Shown piece by piece: positions 1-9,362 of a stretch of 22,920 nucleotides of DNA. Position numbers and translations under genes: made by a program. Source of the stretch: an uncultured Nitrososphaeraceae archaeon (GTDB lineage Archaea > Thermoproteota > Nitrososphaeria > Nitrososphaerales > Nitrososphaeraceae); the NCBI GenBank assembly GCA_963765895.1, contig CAVXZB010000008.1, positions 1-22,920 of the forward strand, read 5' to 3'. Positions within the stretch are counted from its first letter, which is position 1. Each line of letters opens with the position of its first letter. The notes beneath the pieces are model-generated. The model was not told the DNA's origin and searched no databases. It was given only the letters and a program-made list of their open reading frames with translations.

Positions 1-826
1 TCATCTCTCTTACAACAACAACAACAAAACCAGACCAAATAAATGAGACTAGATATAATACAATACTATAATACAATACTGACAGTCAGTCAAACCTTCG
101 GTACTGTAGAAATTATGGCAAGACATGACGCATACCTGTTCTGACTCCAGTCCTAGTACCAGATGATGCACTAGTAGGCTAGCGAATGTAATAACATGTC
201 GACGAAGGAGCTACATGAAGTTATAACACACAGGTCTTGTTTTCAGTATCATGGCTCAAAGTATGCTGGTTATACCTGCAAGGCGACCCCTTTTGGAGAA
301 TCGCAGCCATGGTGAGGCCGTGTGCTAGTCCGGGTCTTGTCTTCTAGTACCATAGCTCGCAACATGCCGTAGATATAGATGAAAAGGACCGTCGGAGATT
401 ATGGACACATCGGATCTTATTCTTTAATTCTACTGGCTGCAACATATCGACAAGAGAACTACATAGTGAGAGAACACTGTCTTGCATTCAGTATTATAGA
501 CTGCAACATCGTGCCGAGAGGGGGGTGATATACCATCAAAATAGTCTATTGTACTACTTGTCACATAAGACATCTACTATTTTCCTAACTCTTCTTACTA
601 TGCTATAATAATGCCATTTCGTTAGCCAGATCTACAGGGAGATAAATTCAACCATTTAACCTTAAACTTGCAATCCTTTCATAAAGTTATTACAAATAGG
701 AATAATATCTTCATAAAAGAAGAATAATGAATCAAATTATTATTTCTCTTTTGTGTATCATTATAGCAAATTTCCGTAGGCAAAACCGGTCCTTATCTTT
801 TGTTGTATTACAGCGTAAACTCTGTC

Positions 827-833
827 CTTATAT
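827..833 (+). promoter_or_regulatory. Putative archaeal TATA box for htpX (leaderless transcript)
   Basis: CTTATAT lies about 26 bp upstream of ATG 859, the spacing typical of leaderless archaeal mRNAs. Confidence 0.45.
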
Positions 834-858
834 GTTCGTTGTGAGTATTAAATAATAT

Positions 859-1782
859 ATGAATACAATGACGAGGGAATGGCAGAAACGAGACAAAGGT
901 CTAACTGCTAGAATGATTTTCTGTTTTTTTATATTAGCATTGCTTTATGCTGTTTTCATAGGTGTTTTAGCCTATGTTGGAGTGGGCTTTATTCCAATTG
1001 TTATAGCGGCATCAGCTATGATTGTAGCCCAATGGTATTTCTCAGATAAGATAGTACTGTGGAGCTCCGGGGCAAAGGTAGTCAGTAGTGATCAATTTCC
1101 AAAACTTCACGAACTAGTCGAGAGAATAGTTGCTAGAACCAATTTGCCAAAACCAAAGATAGCCGTAATTAATACTAAGATACCTAACGCTTTTGCAACT
1201 GGCAAAGGACAAAAGAGCTCAGTGGTAGCAGTAACTACTGGTCTTTTAGATCTATTGGACACCGAAGAGCTAGAGGGAGTATTGGCCCATGAACTCACTC
1301 ATATTAGAAATAGAGATGTCCTTATTCTAACGCTTGCAAGCATATTTTCGACAGTCGCGGCTTATTTGATGCAATTTGGTTTCTATGGCGGATTATACGG
1401 AGGAGGTATGGGAGGCAGTTATGGTGGTAGAGATGATCGAAATAATGGTAGCGCATTTATAATTATGTTGTTAGTGGCAGCTTTGACTTGGATAATCAGC
1501 TTTCTTATTATTAGAGCGATTTCGCGATACAGAGAATATTCCGCAGATAGAGGCTCAGCACAGATGACAGGAAAACCTTCAAAATTGGCAAATGCGTTAG
1601 TTAAAATTAGCGGTGAGATGTCTCGTGCACCCAAAAAAGATTTAAGGCAAGTAGAAGGACTAAATGCTTTTTTTATTGTTCCAGCTATCTCTGGCAGTTC
1701 TGTCATAAATCTTTTTTCCACTCATCCACCGGTAAACAAGAGAATCCAAAAACTACTAGAAATGGAGGCCGCGATGAGTTAA
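859..1782 (+). CDS. htpX: Zinc metalloprotease HtpX (peptidase M48)
   Basis: N-terminal TM helices, PNAFATG, HELTH (HExxH), SRYREYSAD third-ligand motif and FSTHPP motif. Confidence 0.95.
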   Translation: MNTMTREWQKRDKGLTARMIFCFFILALLYAVFIGVLAYVGVGFIPIVIAASAMIVAQWYFSDKIVLWSSGAKVVSSDQFPKLHELVERIVARTNLPKPKIAVINTKIPNAFATGKGQKSSVVAVTTGLLDLLDTEELEGVLAHELTHIRNRDVLILTLASIFSTVAAYLMQFGFYGGLYGGGMGGSYGGRDDRNNGSAFIIMLLVAALTWIISFLIIRAISRYREYSADRGSAQMTGKPSKLANALVKISGEMSRAPKKDLRQVEGLNAFFIVPAISGSSVINLFSTHPPVNKRIQKLLEMEAAMS

Positions 1783-1821
1783 TAAAAATGCATTATTCTT
1801 AGATATTTTTCAGATTCTGAT

Positions 1822-2277
1822 TTAATTAGGTATAATACCTTCCCCTTTAAATAGATCCTTTGCGTCATGGATAGATAAATCGTTATTTGGAAGTATTATA
1901 TCCGATTTAACTATTTCACTATCTTCTAATTCTTGACCATCCTTCGAAACTAGCGAGTGTATTTCTTTAAGTTTCTTCTTAAATTCTTTCTCATCTTTTA
2001 TAATCCTCTTTACGATATCGACCATGGAATTATCAAGAGCATTTATTTTTGTCGCTGTTCTTCGGTTAATCCTAAACTGACCCTTTCCCATTACTCTTAC
2101 GATCATCTGATCGTGATTTCGTAATTTGGTATCCCGAAAAGATGATGCTGAATTATTAATACTTTTCCTATTGTTTCTTATTACAGATGATCTTCGTGAT
2201 CTACTTGACTTTCTATGTGATTTTGAGATCCTCTTGACACGACTGCTCTTGCGTGTTATTCTATTTTTAACCATCAT
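1822..2277 (-). CDS. PspA-associated protein PspAA with Arg/Lys/Ser-rich N-terminal extension
   Basis: The C-terminal ~93 aa (MIVRVMGKGQF...LNxLD-like...SDIILP..DLS...LFKGEGIIP) match the PspAA family as I recall it. The neighbourhood with htpX and the pspA remnant fits. Confidence 0.8.
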   Translation of the reverse strand: MMVKNRITRKSSRVKRISKSHRKSSRSRRSSVIRNNRKSINNSASSFRDTKLRNHDQMIVRVMGKGQFRINRRTATKINALDNSMVDIVKRIIKDEKEFKKKLKEIHSLVSKDGQELEDSEIVKSDIILPNNDLSIHDAKDLFKGEGIIPN

Positions 2278-2817
2278 GAGATAACCCCGGGCTTTTCTTT
2301 ATTCTCATCTTTATTTCATTATGTGATCCTCCCTCTATTGTCCTCTTTCTGGCACAAATCTCATTAGCTTTATCTAATATATCTAATACAATTTTCTCTA
2401 TATATTCTGGTCCATCTTGTCGCATCTGCATATCTGCTATTGTTTAAGATCTTGTATTTGCATGTTTATAATCTTATGTAGTGAGGCACGTCCACCATTT
2501 CCTATGCTTGTACACAAACTGATATCTGTCTTGCTTATATGAAATGCTGGCGTTATCCTATATCCTAGAATCCTATTGAGGCTTTTTCATTATGTTCCAA
2601 GATAATTTTAACAATCTCATTATCAAGAATATGAACAATTACATTTTAATCATGACCAGCCACGCACTTTTCCGGGAATTTCAATATTTGCAGCGATATT
2701 TGTTTCTCGCATAACTAAGTTAGAATGTGACTGGAAGATCCCAATTTAATTTTTATTTAGTATAGTGATCCTTTACCATTAAATCTCTAAATAAATAATG
2801 TATGACAAGAATCCAAA
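2267..2817 (-). pseudogene. pspA: Decayed PspA/IM30 family gene
   Basis: Manual minus-strand translation gives colinear PspA-like fragments across frames: FGFLS, TILNK, LSY/EKQISL, NMQIQDLKQ/IADMQMRQD, ARKRTIE and MRIKKSPGLS. There are several stops and frameshifts. It lies immediately upstream of PspAA. Confidence 0.55.
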
Positions 2818-3020
2818 TTGTGAATTCTAGAAGTTATTGACCTTAAAATAACTGGTCCACCTATTTGTTCCCCGCTGATCGAGTAGAATCGATTTAGCAT
2901 TGTAACGAAGGCATACTCTACTACACTAAATCCAGATGATTCTGAACTACTCCTATATTTGTCGGGTTTGTTTTACTAGGATACGTGTAAAAAAAAAAGA
3001 TTTTCTTCACATATTACTTG

Positions 3021-3794
3021 CTAGTAGGAGGAGAAGGTGTCATTACCCCTGCTATTATTACTATTAATCTTGTTACCATTATTGAAATACGGCTTAGTGA
3101 TTGATAGAGATGATGGTAAGTCTGGAATTTTATTTGTACTATTTTCTCCAACTATTGCCGAAGCCTCTTCTAGTATCTTATTTATTTCTTCGCCGCTATC
3201 AGAATAAGACGCCACACCTTCTAGCACATTGGTAGGCTCTGCTATAGTACCATTCAACAATTCCCCCAATGTATCGGAGATTTCACTGAGGGAGTGATCT
3301 GCGTTCGGGATTACCTCTGATAAACCCCCTTTTAGTTCTTTAATTGTAGATGTTGCAGGACCTAATGTGAACATTACATCTCCCAATTCAGTTACAGTCT
3401 CTAGTCTTATTTTTACTTGCTCAGTTGTCATCCTCGTAGAATCAACTACTTTATTTATTCTTCGAATTTGAGATAGCTCATTAGATAGCGATCTGGCTTG
3501 TTGCATGTTGTGATTTTGTAGTGCTTCGGTAACATTATTAAATACCCGATGATCCTTATCTTTGAGATTGCTTGATGTTTTTTCCATTTTTGATATCTGA
3601 ATCTCTAATTTTTTCTGCGTTCTTTCGAGGCGAGATCTCAGAGGTTCAGAAGGTTTGATGTTATCCAATATCTTCTCCTTCATCCCTTCTCCTTCTCTAC
3701 GAAATGTGCTCTTACTCTTTTTGTCTGACCAATTTGTGTAGAATGTTGGCAAGGTAATACCCATACTAAAATGATTCAGAATTGTTAATCTCAT
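3021..3794 (-). CDS. cdvB: ESCRT-III / Snf7 family protein (CdvB-like paralogue)
   Basis: Coiled-coil Snf7 core (KLEIQISKME...ELSQIRR...IRLETVTELGDV..TLGPA), KILEEAS and a proline-containing IPDLP tail. No C-terminal wH domain is evident. The true start may be downstream (ATG ~3765 or TTG at LPTF). Confidence 0.85.
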   Translation of the reverse strand: MRLTILNHFSMGITLPTFYTNWSDKKSKSTFRREGEGMKEKILDNIKPSEPLRSRLERTQKKLEIQISKMEKTSSNLKDKDHRVFNNVTEALQNHNMQQARSLSNELSQIRRINKVVDSTRMTTEQVKIRLETVTELGDVMFTLGPATSTIKELKGGLSEVIPNADHSLSEISDTLGELLNGTIAEPTNVLEGVASYSDSGEEINKILEEASAIVGENSTNKIPDLPSSLSITKPYFNNGNKINSNNSRGNDTFSSY

Positions 3795-4151
3795 AGTACA
3801 TTAAGAAAATTTGTTTACAAGCTTAACATATACTATCCAGAAAGTTGTGTACTAATGCAAGAACTAGAATTCTTTGCGATTAATGAAATTCGATCCTTCT
3901 CATTCATATCTAGACTCTGAAATCAGATGTTCTGTCTACAACGTCTTTAGTACAGTCGAGATGAGATGTTGAGGTTTAACTTGTCGGCGCTAATTATCTC
4001 ATCTATATTAAAGTTGTTATATATACAATAATAATCCCAGAATGACTGCCGCATTTTATTTCATCAACAAGCTTTACTGATGTGTCTTTTTGGTCAAAGA
4101 TAACTCAGTAGTTATAACACTTTTTAAATCTAAGCGTATATTAACTATGTT

Positions 4152-4542
4152 ATGGACTATAAAAAAATAGATTATAAAAAACTATATGAAGATATTATTA
4201 ATATTGATCCAAAGATCCGACTCGTTACTGTATGCGATTCGAATGGTAGAATAATGTATTCTGAACATAATCAGGGTGTAACAAATTTATTGACCGCGGA
4301 AGAAAGTAAACAATCTCTTGAACTCGCCGTAAATTCATGGAAGCTACGTAGTGACCTTGAACCAAAAATTGGAAAGGGGAAATATGTCTTGGCAGAATAT
4401 GAAAAGATTAAACGTATAACTATGCCAGTACCCTGATGATGCTGATCATCATCTCCTGTATATTACTACAGAAGTAGAAGCCGATCATTCAAAAGTTATT
4501 CGTATGATAAGTCAGGTATCAATACGAAAATTGTTGTTATAA
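4152..4542 (+). CDS. Roadblock/LC7-like (DUF6659-type) thaumarchaeal protein, split by a +1 frameshift at 4431-4436
   Basis: The ORF ends ...RITMPVP* at CCC-TGA. The +1 frame continues DDADHHLLYITTEVEADHSKVIRMISQVSIRKLLL* to TAA 4540-4542, completing a ~129-aa protein. TTTAAA lies ~24 bp upstream. Confidence 0.65.
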
Positions 4543-4929
4543 TTCTTATGCGACTGTACGCTTAGGATGCTGCATTTAATGTTACATGAAATATCGTAAG
4601 TTTCAGAAATCCACACATATTTTCAATCGAAAGATTTCAAGAGAAAAATAGAATTTACATTCTTGATGACCTACTAATAAAACATTAAATACATAATGAC
4701 ATAAGAAATGTCATCTGTCGGCAAAGATATGTTAAACCATTATCATGTATCCCTAGGATGATAGAAAATAGAATTTAGAAGGATCCACTTCGTAGGTACA
4801 AACTAATTTCAAGATACGCTACCAGCCCAGGGACAAATCTAAATGGATCCTAATATTCGACCAGTATCATAAAGAAATACTGTTTAGTGGAGCAATATTT
4901 GATTCGCCAGATAGCTAGGGTGTATGCCC

Positions 4930-5223
4930 TTAGTCATAGTTACTGAAGCGTATGGTAGTTTTCCTATTTGACTTTATTGCAAATTTCTCATATTCGCGCA
5001 TGTGGCCAGTAATTTGTCGTATAACTTGTAACGATATTCGATTGACGTTTGCAATGAATTCATCCGTGTCCTTAACCTTAATGTATTTTCCGGCCTCTTT
5101 TGTGATGGCTTTACAAATAGCAGTAATCGCTTTGTCCAGTTCTCTACTTGGACTGTACATGACCTTCAATAATCTAGGAAGTTCTTCTGATGGTTTATCT
5201 ATTGACATTCTTTTTGTGTTCAC
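4930..5223 (-). CDS. Small basic helical hypothetical protein, third gene of the nuclease-helicase operon
   Basis: GTG start 33 bp after the helicase stop, preceded by purine-rich AAGAGGGTAGAAG. Same strand as the helicase, 97 aa, predicted amphipathic helices. Confidence 0.6.
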   Translation of the reverse strand: MNTKRMSIDKPSEELPRLLKVMYSPSRELDKAITAICKAITKEAGKYIKVKDTDEFIANVNRISLQVIRQITGHMREYEKFAIKSNRKTTIRFSNYD

Positions 5224-5256
5224 CTTCTACCCTCTTAAATATGCTGGAAAGCGCTT

Positions 5257-6583
5257 CTAATTTCGCCATATAAAAAATCCATCTTTTCTAGTCACGGTAT
5301 CTATTGATTTTGACAAAAACTTACTCTTTATCAGCGTGTTTTGATCGCCTACAATTATTGTCTTCCTTTTACTCCTAGAAAAAGCAACACATGATCGAGG
5401 AATATTTACAAAACCTATAGCCTTTTCGATATCGGCTTCATTATTTGACCTCACCATAGATACTATTGCAACCTCTGATTCCTGTCCTTGGAATTCATCT
5501 ATAGTTCCTACACGTATTTTTGTATTATTCCTATTACTAATATGGAACTGCAACATTCTCTCCTGTTGTTTGTAAGGAGTAGTAATTATAATATCATCAA
5601 TACCCATGCTGAGAAGTCCATCAATGAGTTCTTTGATTACAGAAATCTCGCCAATATTTATAAAATGCTTTTGCTCTTGGCTATTACTGTTTGTATCTAC
5701 AAATACTATTTTCTTTTCATGATTTAGTATTTTGATTAGGTTGTTACTTGTTCCGTCGTAGTCCTTTTTTGCTATATCTGCTGTTGAAATTTCTTTAACC
5801 GAATCGTGTGCCTTTAGCTGATATTGATAATTTGGATTTATTAGATCTAAAATATCCTTATTAAATCTGTATTCTGTTTTCAATAATGTAGTTTCATATT
5901 GCTTCAGGATGGAACTAAACAGACTATATCCAATAAAATCATGGGATGCAGGAGGCAACTGCTTGTCATCTCCTATAACAAGAATTTTTCCACTATCATG
6001 TCGTAGTGATGAGAATAGCATCGCCATTGTATCAAGCCCGACCAGACCTGTTTCATCCACTATGACCGCTCCAACTTTCATGATTTTTACCAAGTCTTTT
6101 GCGCTATAGGTAGTAGTAAGAATAATTTGTGCATTTTGAAAATATTTTCTCGCTATTTCAGCTTTATTAAACGAATTCATTTCATTACTATCTATGAAGA
6201 TATTATCCAGGGTATAATTTCGAAGATGTGGATATGAGAATTCTAGATCTACAGTATTGCCGTATCTAATTATTGGCCCTTTTAGAAATGGCAACCTTGC
6301 TCTCTTACAAAGAGAATCTATCTTTGCCAGTATGCTATTGACCATAACATTAGTGGGGGCTGTGACCAGAACTGGAGAATTTTCGGCCAATAGATCAAAG
6401 CAGCAATGAGAAATAACCGTTGATTTACCTGTTCCGGGAGGCCCGGTAACCGGAACAGTATTTTCCATATTTATTCTATATCTGGCGGCTTTCTGATCGG
6501 CATTTTCATATTTTAGAAACTTATCTAAAGAATAGATATTATCATTATGGTTGTTGTTGTTTGTTGTTGTTGTTGTTGGTCAT
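5257..6583 (-). CDS. SF1B helicase, Upf1/Dna2/NAM7 type (AAA_11/AAA_12); N-terminus interrupted by one extra base in an AAC repeat
   Basis: Walker A GPPGTGKS, Ia TAPTN, Walker B IVDETG, III GDDKQLPP, IV EYRF, TPYKQQ, V TIDEFQGQE and VI VAFSRSK. The frame stays open for 31 codons upstream of 6468 and includes a Q-motif-like ENADQKAA. ATG 6583 joins this frame if the extra base at 6562 is removed. Confidence 0.9.
6550..6577 (-). repeat. (AAC)5-A-(AAC)4 microsatellite encoding poly-Asn
   Basis: The plus strand reads (GTT)4 T (GTT)5. Confidence 0.95.
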
Positions 6584-6589
6584 ATCTAT

Positions 6590-8131
6590 CTAAATATCAT
6601 ATTCCTCTTCAATTGTCTCGCCACTATGCTCTTTGTTTCTCCGTCTGTCTATTCGATTATTAGATATTGGATCAATGATGTCATTTCCTTGTTCATCAGT
6701 TCTGCTATCTGTTCTTTGTATCAGAACTGAATTCCGATATTGAAGTATAATATCGGCATGAGGTGATCGCCTGAAGAAATTATCCAGAAATCGCATGCTA
6801 GTGAGTCCTCCACTAAAGTTAAATCTATCTATGGTAAGTTTGGTCGATTGCCCTCTGTTTTCATGTGTCAGGTAGTACATATCACCTCTGTGAAACCTGA
6901 GCCTAACTGATTTTTCGATGAGGTTTATATCTATAATCATTGCAGTAGGGTTGCTGCCCAGATTTGGATTGCCGTCAGATACAGTTACGTGGTCGCCTAC
7001 ACTAAAATCTATGAATTGACCAAACGATTTATCTCCAATTAATGTAACTGTCTGATTAGGGAAATCAAGAGTATTCCAATCTAAATAGAGATTAGTTATC
7101 GCAGATCCCTCAGCCTGCCGTTGTTTTGCATTCCTCGAGTCGACGTATACCTTCCATCTATCCTCATAAGATATTTCTTCTCTAATCCTTTTTGAAAGAT
7201 TGAATTCTGTTTTCCGTCTCATTATTTCACTTTCATTAAGATTGCTGCTAGGTGCAAAAGCCCATCCTAAGCAGCCTTCTTTTAATGAACAATTCGGACA
7301 ATAGCCAGTAATAGAAGGAGATAATTCAGACTTCCAGAACCGTACATATTTGTCAATGGATTCGTAAACCTTTGTAAAATTAAATTTCTTTCTATGACAA
7401 TCTCTGTCTGCAAATTGCCAGATGTATTCAGGGGGAGACTGTAAATTTAGTGCCTTCATCAGTAAGAGTATTTCAGCATCGGCTTGGAGTTTCCACGTAG
7501 GCGGTGGAGTCTTAAACCTGCCAGTCTTGATCTGTATTATTAGTACATGACTTTTTTCCAAATTCTGGAGACATTCAGAGCTGATGTATGAGTTTTTTTC
7601 AATAGACGGAATCTTAATTTTTATTAAATCAAGTCTTCCTTCAAGTGGAATATGAATATTGCGTATTGTGAATTCTGGTCTGAGTAGTGCTTGCTTATTT
7701 TCTTCCTCTTCCACAATAAGATTATCTACTAGTCTATCTCCTCTGGTATATAGATCATCCATAATAGGATCAAATGGTTTATCAATTCCCGCGAGCAGAA
7801 ATCTTTTCCAGTTTGTATCGATATCAGCCTTAGCATTTTGTTCAAATATTCCAATACCATATTCTTTTTCTATATGGTGCCCTTTTTTTGAAAGGTCTAT
7901 TATTTCCAATATTGATTTCACAGTGATTCTATGAACAGCATTTCCTATCTCACCACTAGCGGTATATTCGTTTGATTCCATCCCAAAAAAAGAGATATTA
8001 TATGCCGCGCGTTCGCAAAAAGCCATTTGCGCAAAGGCACTGACTCTAGGAATAATCGTGGGCTCGAGGTGTCTTATTATATCATTTGAACTTAATCCTG
8101 AATTTGTATTACCAAGAGCAAAATCCATCAA
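6590..8131 (-). CDS. Cas4/AddB/Dna2-like PD-(D/E)xK nuclease with Fe-S cluster motif and C-terminal Dna2-like stalk/beta-barrel
   Basis: N-terminal Cys (FCER), GNAVH, RPEF, GRLD, QIKTG and CPNCSLKEGC (Cx2Cx5C) give the four-Cys iron-staple layout. The following helical segment and FSVGDHVTVSDG resemble the Dna2 barrel. Confidence 0.8.
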   Translation of the reverse strand: MMDFALGNTNSGLSSNDIIRHLEPTIIPRVSAFAQMAFCERAAYNISFFGMESNEYTASGEIGNAVHRITVKSILEIIDLSKKGHHIEKEYGIGIFEQNAKADIDTNWKRFLLAGIDKPFDPIMDDLYTRGDRLVDNLIVEEEENKQALLRPEFTIRNIHIPLEGRLDLIKIKIPSIEKNSYISSECLQNLEKSHVLIIQIKTGRFKTPPPTWKLQADAEILLLMKALNLQSPPEYIWQFADRDCHRKKFNFTKVYESIDKYVRFWKSELSPSITGYCPNCSLKEGCLGWAFAPSSNLNESEIMRRKTEFNLSKRIREEISYEDRWKVYVDSRNAKQRQAEGSAITNLYLDWNTLDFPNQTVTLIGDKSFGQFIDFSVGDHVTVSDGNPNLGSNPTAMIIDINLIEKSVRLRFHRGDMYYLTHENRGQSTKLTIDRFNFSGGLTSMRFLDNFFRRSPHADIILQYRNSVLIQRTDSRTDEQGNDIIDPISNNRIDRRRNKEHSGETIEEEYDI

Positions 8132-8268
8132 TATACACCATTTTATTCTGTAACATTCGATAGGAATTTTACATTAGCAATAAATATAAGGATTAACATC
8201 TAACCATACTTACTACACTGACCAAACAGACTAAGTATACTAAACTTACGATCGATAAATCCTTAGAA

Positions 8269-9001
8269 ATGCTACGCGTTCACATTGCGCCAGTTGGATT
8301 TGAGGTCGACCGAATAGTCCTACCAGCAAGTAATATGAGAGCTGATAGGGTTTGGTTAATAATTCACAGTGACTCTATCGATGATGCCGGACAACCATTT
8401 AGTAAGTTAATATCCGAAAGGTTAGAGAAGGATCAAATCGAATTTAAGATGGAGTATGCAGATCGTACAGATTTATTTGATACACTTCGAGTTTTGAGAA
8501 GGATAATTTTGAAAGAAAAGAATAATGCTATACTTGTTAATGTTTCTGTAGGAAGCAAGATTCAAGCAATTGCCTCAATGATGGCATGCATGATGTTCAA
8601 AGATGAAGTAGATATTTTGCCTTATTATGCAGTACCCTGAAAAATACGTCAACATCCCAAGAGAACAAGAGACCACTGGTTTAAAGAAAGTATTGAAGCT
8701 TCCAGAATACAAGATAGAAACGCCCCCTAATCATCTGATCCACTGCCTAAAAATAATTCATGAAAGATCTGATAACAGAATTGCAAATAAAGACTTGAGA
8801 GATCAAGCCCTTGCACGGGATCTTATTCATGTAGAGCGTGACAAAAACTACGATCAGTCTGCATATATGGCGTTGAAGACAAATCTGATTGAGCCATTAC
8901 TAAAATGGAAATTTGTAAGAGTCGAGAAAATTGGTAGACGTCATGATTTAGTTCTAACAGAAGATGGATTAAATGCGTTGAAGTTCCTTCATCCTGTATG
9001 A
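8269..9001 (+). CDS. HFX_2341/DUF6293-type transcriptional regulator (Csa3/CARF-like N-domain + wHTH), split by a +1 frameshift at 8635-8640
   Basis: RVHIAPVGFEVDRIV...ADRVWLI...VNVSVGSKIQA...PYYAVP then, in +1, EKY...LPEYKI...LIEPLLKWKFV...GRR...LTEDG (wHTH). The two ORF-track pieces join into ~243 aa. Confidence 0.8.
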
Positions 9002-9102
9002 TGTATGAAAATAACAAAAGCAATATTTTCATGTTTTTGTTCCTAAGGAACGGCTTGATAAAAGTGTGAAGGTTATTTTAATGGATTGATTGATTAAATG
9101 GA

Positions 9103-9340
9103 CTATTTTTGCTCAAGCTCCTGTAGCCTTGTAAATATTGCCACAAGCTGATCGGATAACTATGCTATAGCATCATCTTTTACCTTGTCTGTTTCTCTTA
9201 GCGACCTATTTAGATCTTCTAGTTCTTTTACCTTGCTCTGTATATCTGAACCTTGTCTTTCTCACTCATGTAACATTTAAAACTTAAGATAAGGCCTGAT
9301 TTTACAAAATATCCCAGTTTTATCAAATTCCTCTTTAACT
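9103..9340 (-). pseudogene. C-terminal remnant of a Nitrososphaeraceae tyrosine-recombinase/integrase-like gene
   Basis: Translates as KTGIFCKIRPYLKF/...ERQGSDIQSKVKELEDLNRSLRETDKVKDDAIA*LSDQLVAIFTRLQELEQK*. This resembles the coiled-coil tail I recall from such integrases. It has internal stops and abuts the IS. Confidence 0.5.
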
Positions 9341-9362
9341 AATTTTGTCTCACAAAATCTAA

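Noticed and set aside
1-620. Slightly GC-richer region with short ORFs, an (AAC)5 tract and three GCAACAT words
   Set aside because: No recognisable protein or RNA motif. It may be a decayed gene, but I cannot support a call.
3959-4004. AGATGAGAT/ATCTCATCT 9-bp inverted repeat, and a 7-bp hairpin at 10941-10961
   Set aside because: Short enough to arise by chance, with no functional context.
6590-8131. Calling the nuclease a CRISPR-associated cas4
   Set aside because: At 513 aa with a Dna2-like C-terminal extension and helicase linkage, and with no CRISPR context, it does not fit.
4434-8640. Selenocysteine or stop read-through at the two TGA codons
   Set aside because: The protein continuation is in the +1 frame, not in frame. 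At 4434 the TGA is followed by further in-frame stops.
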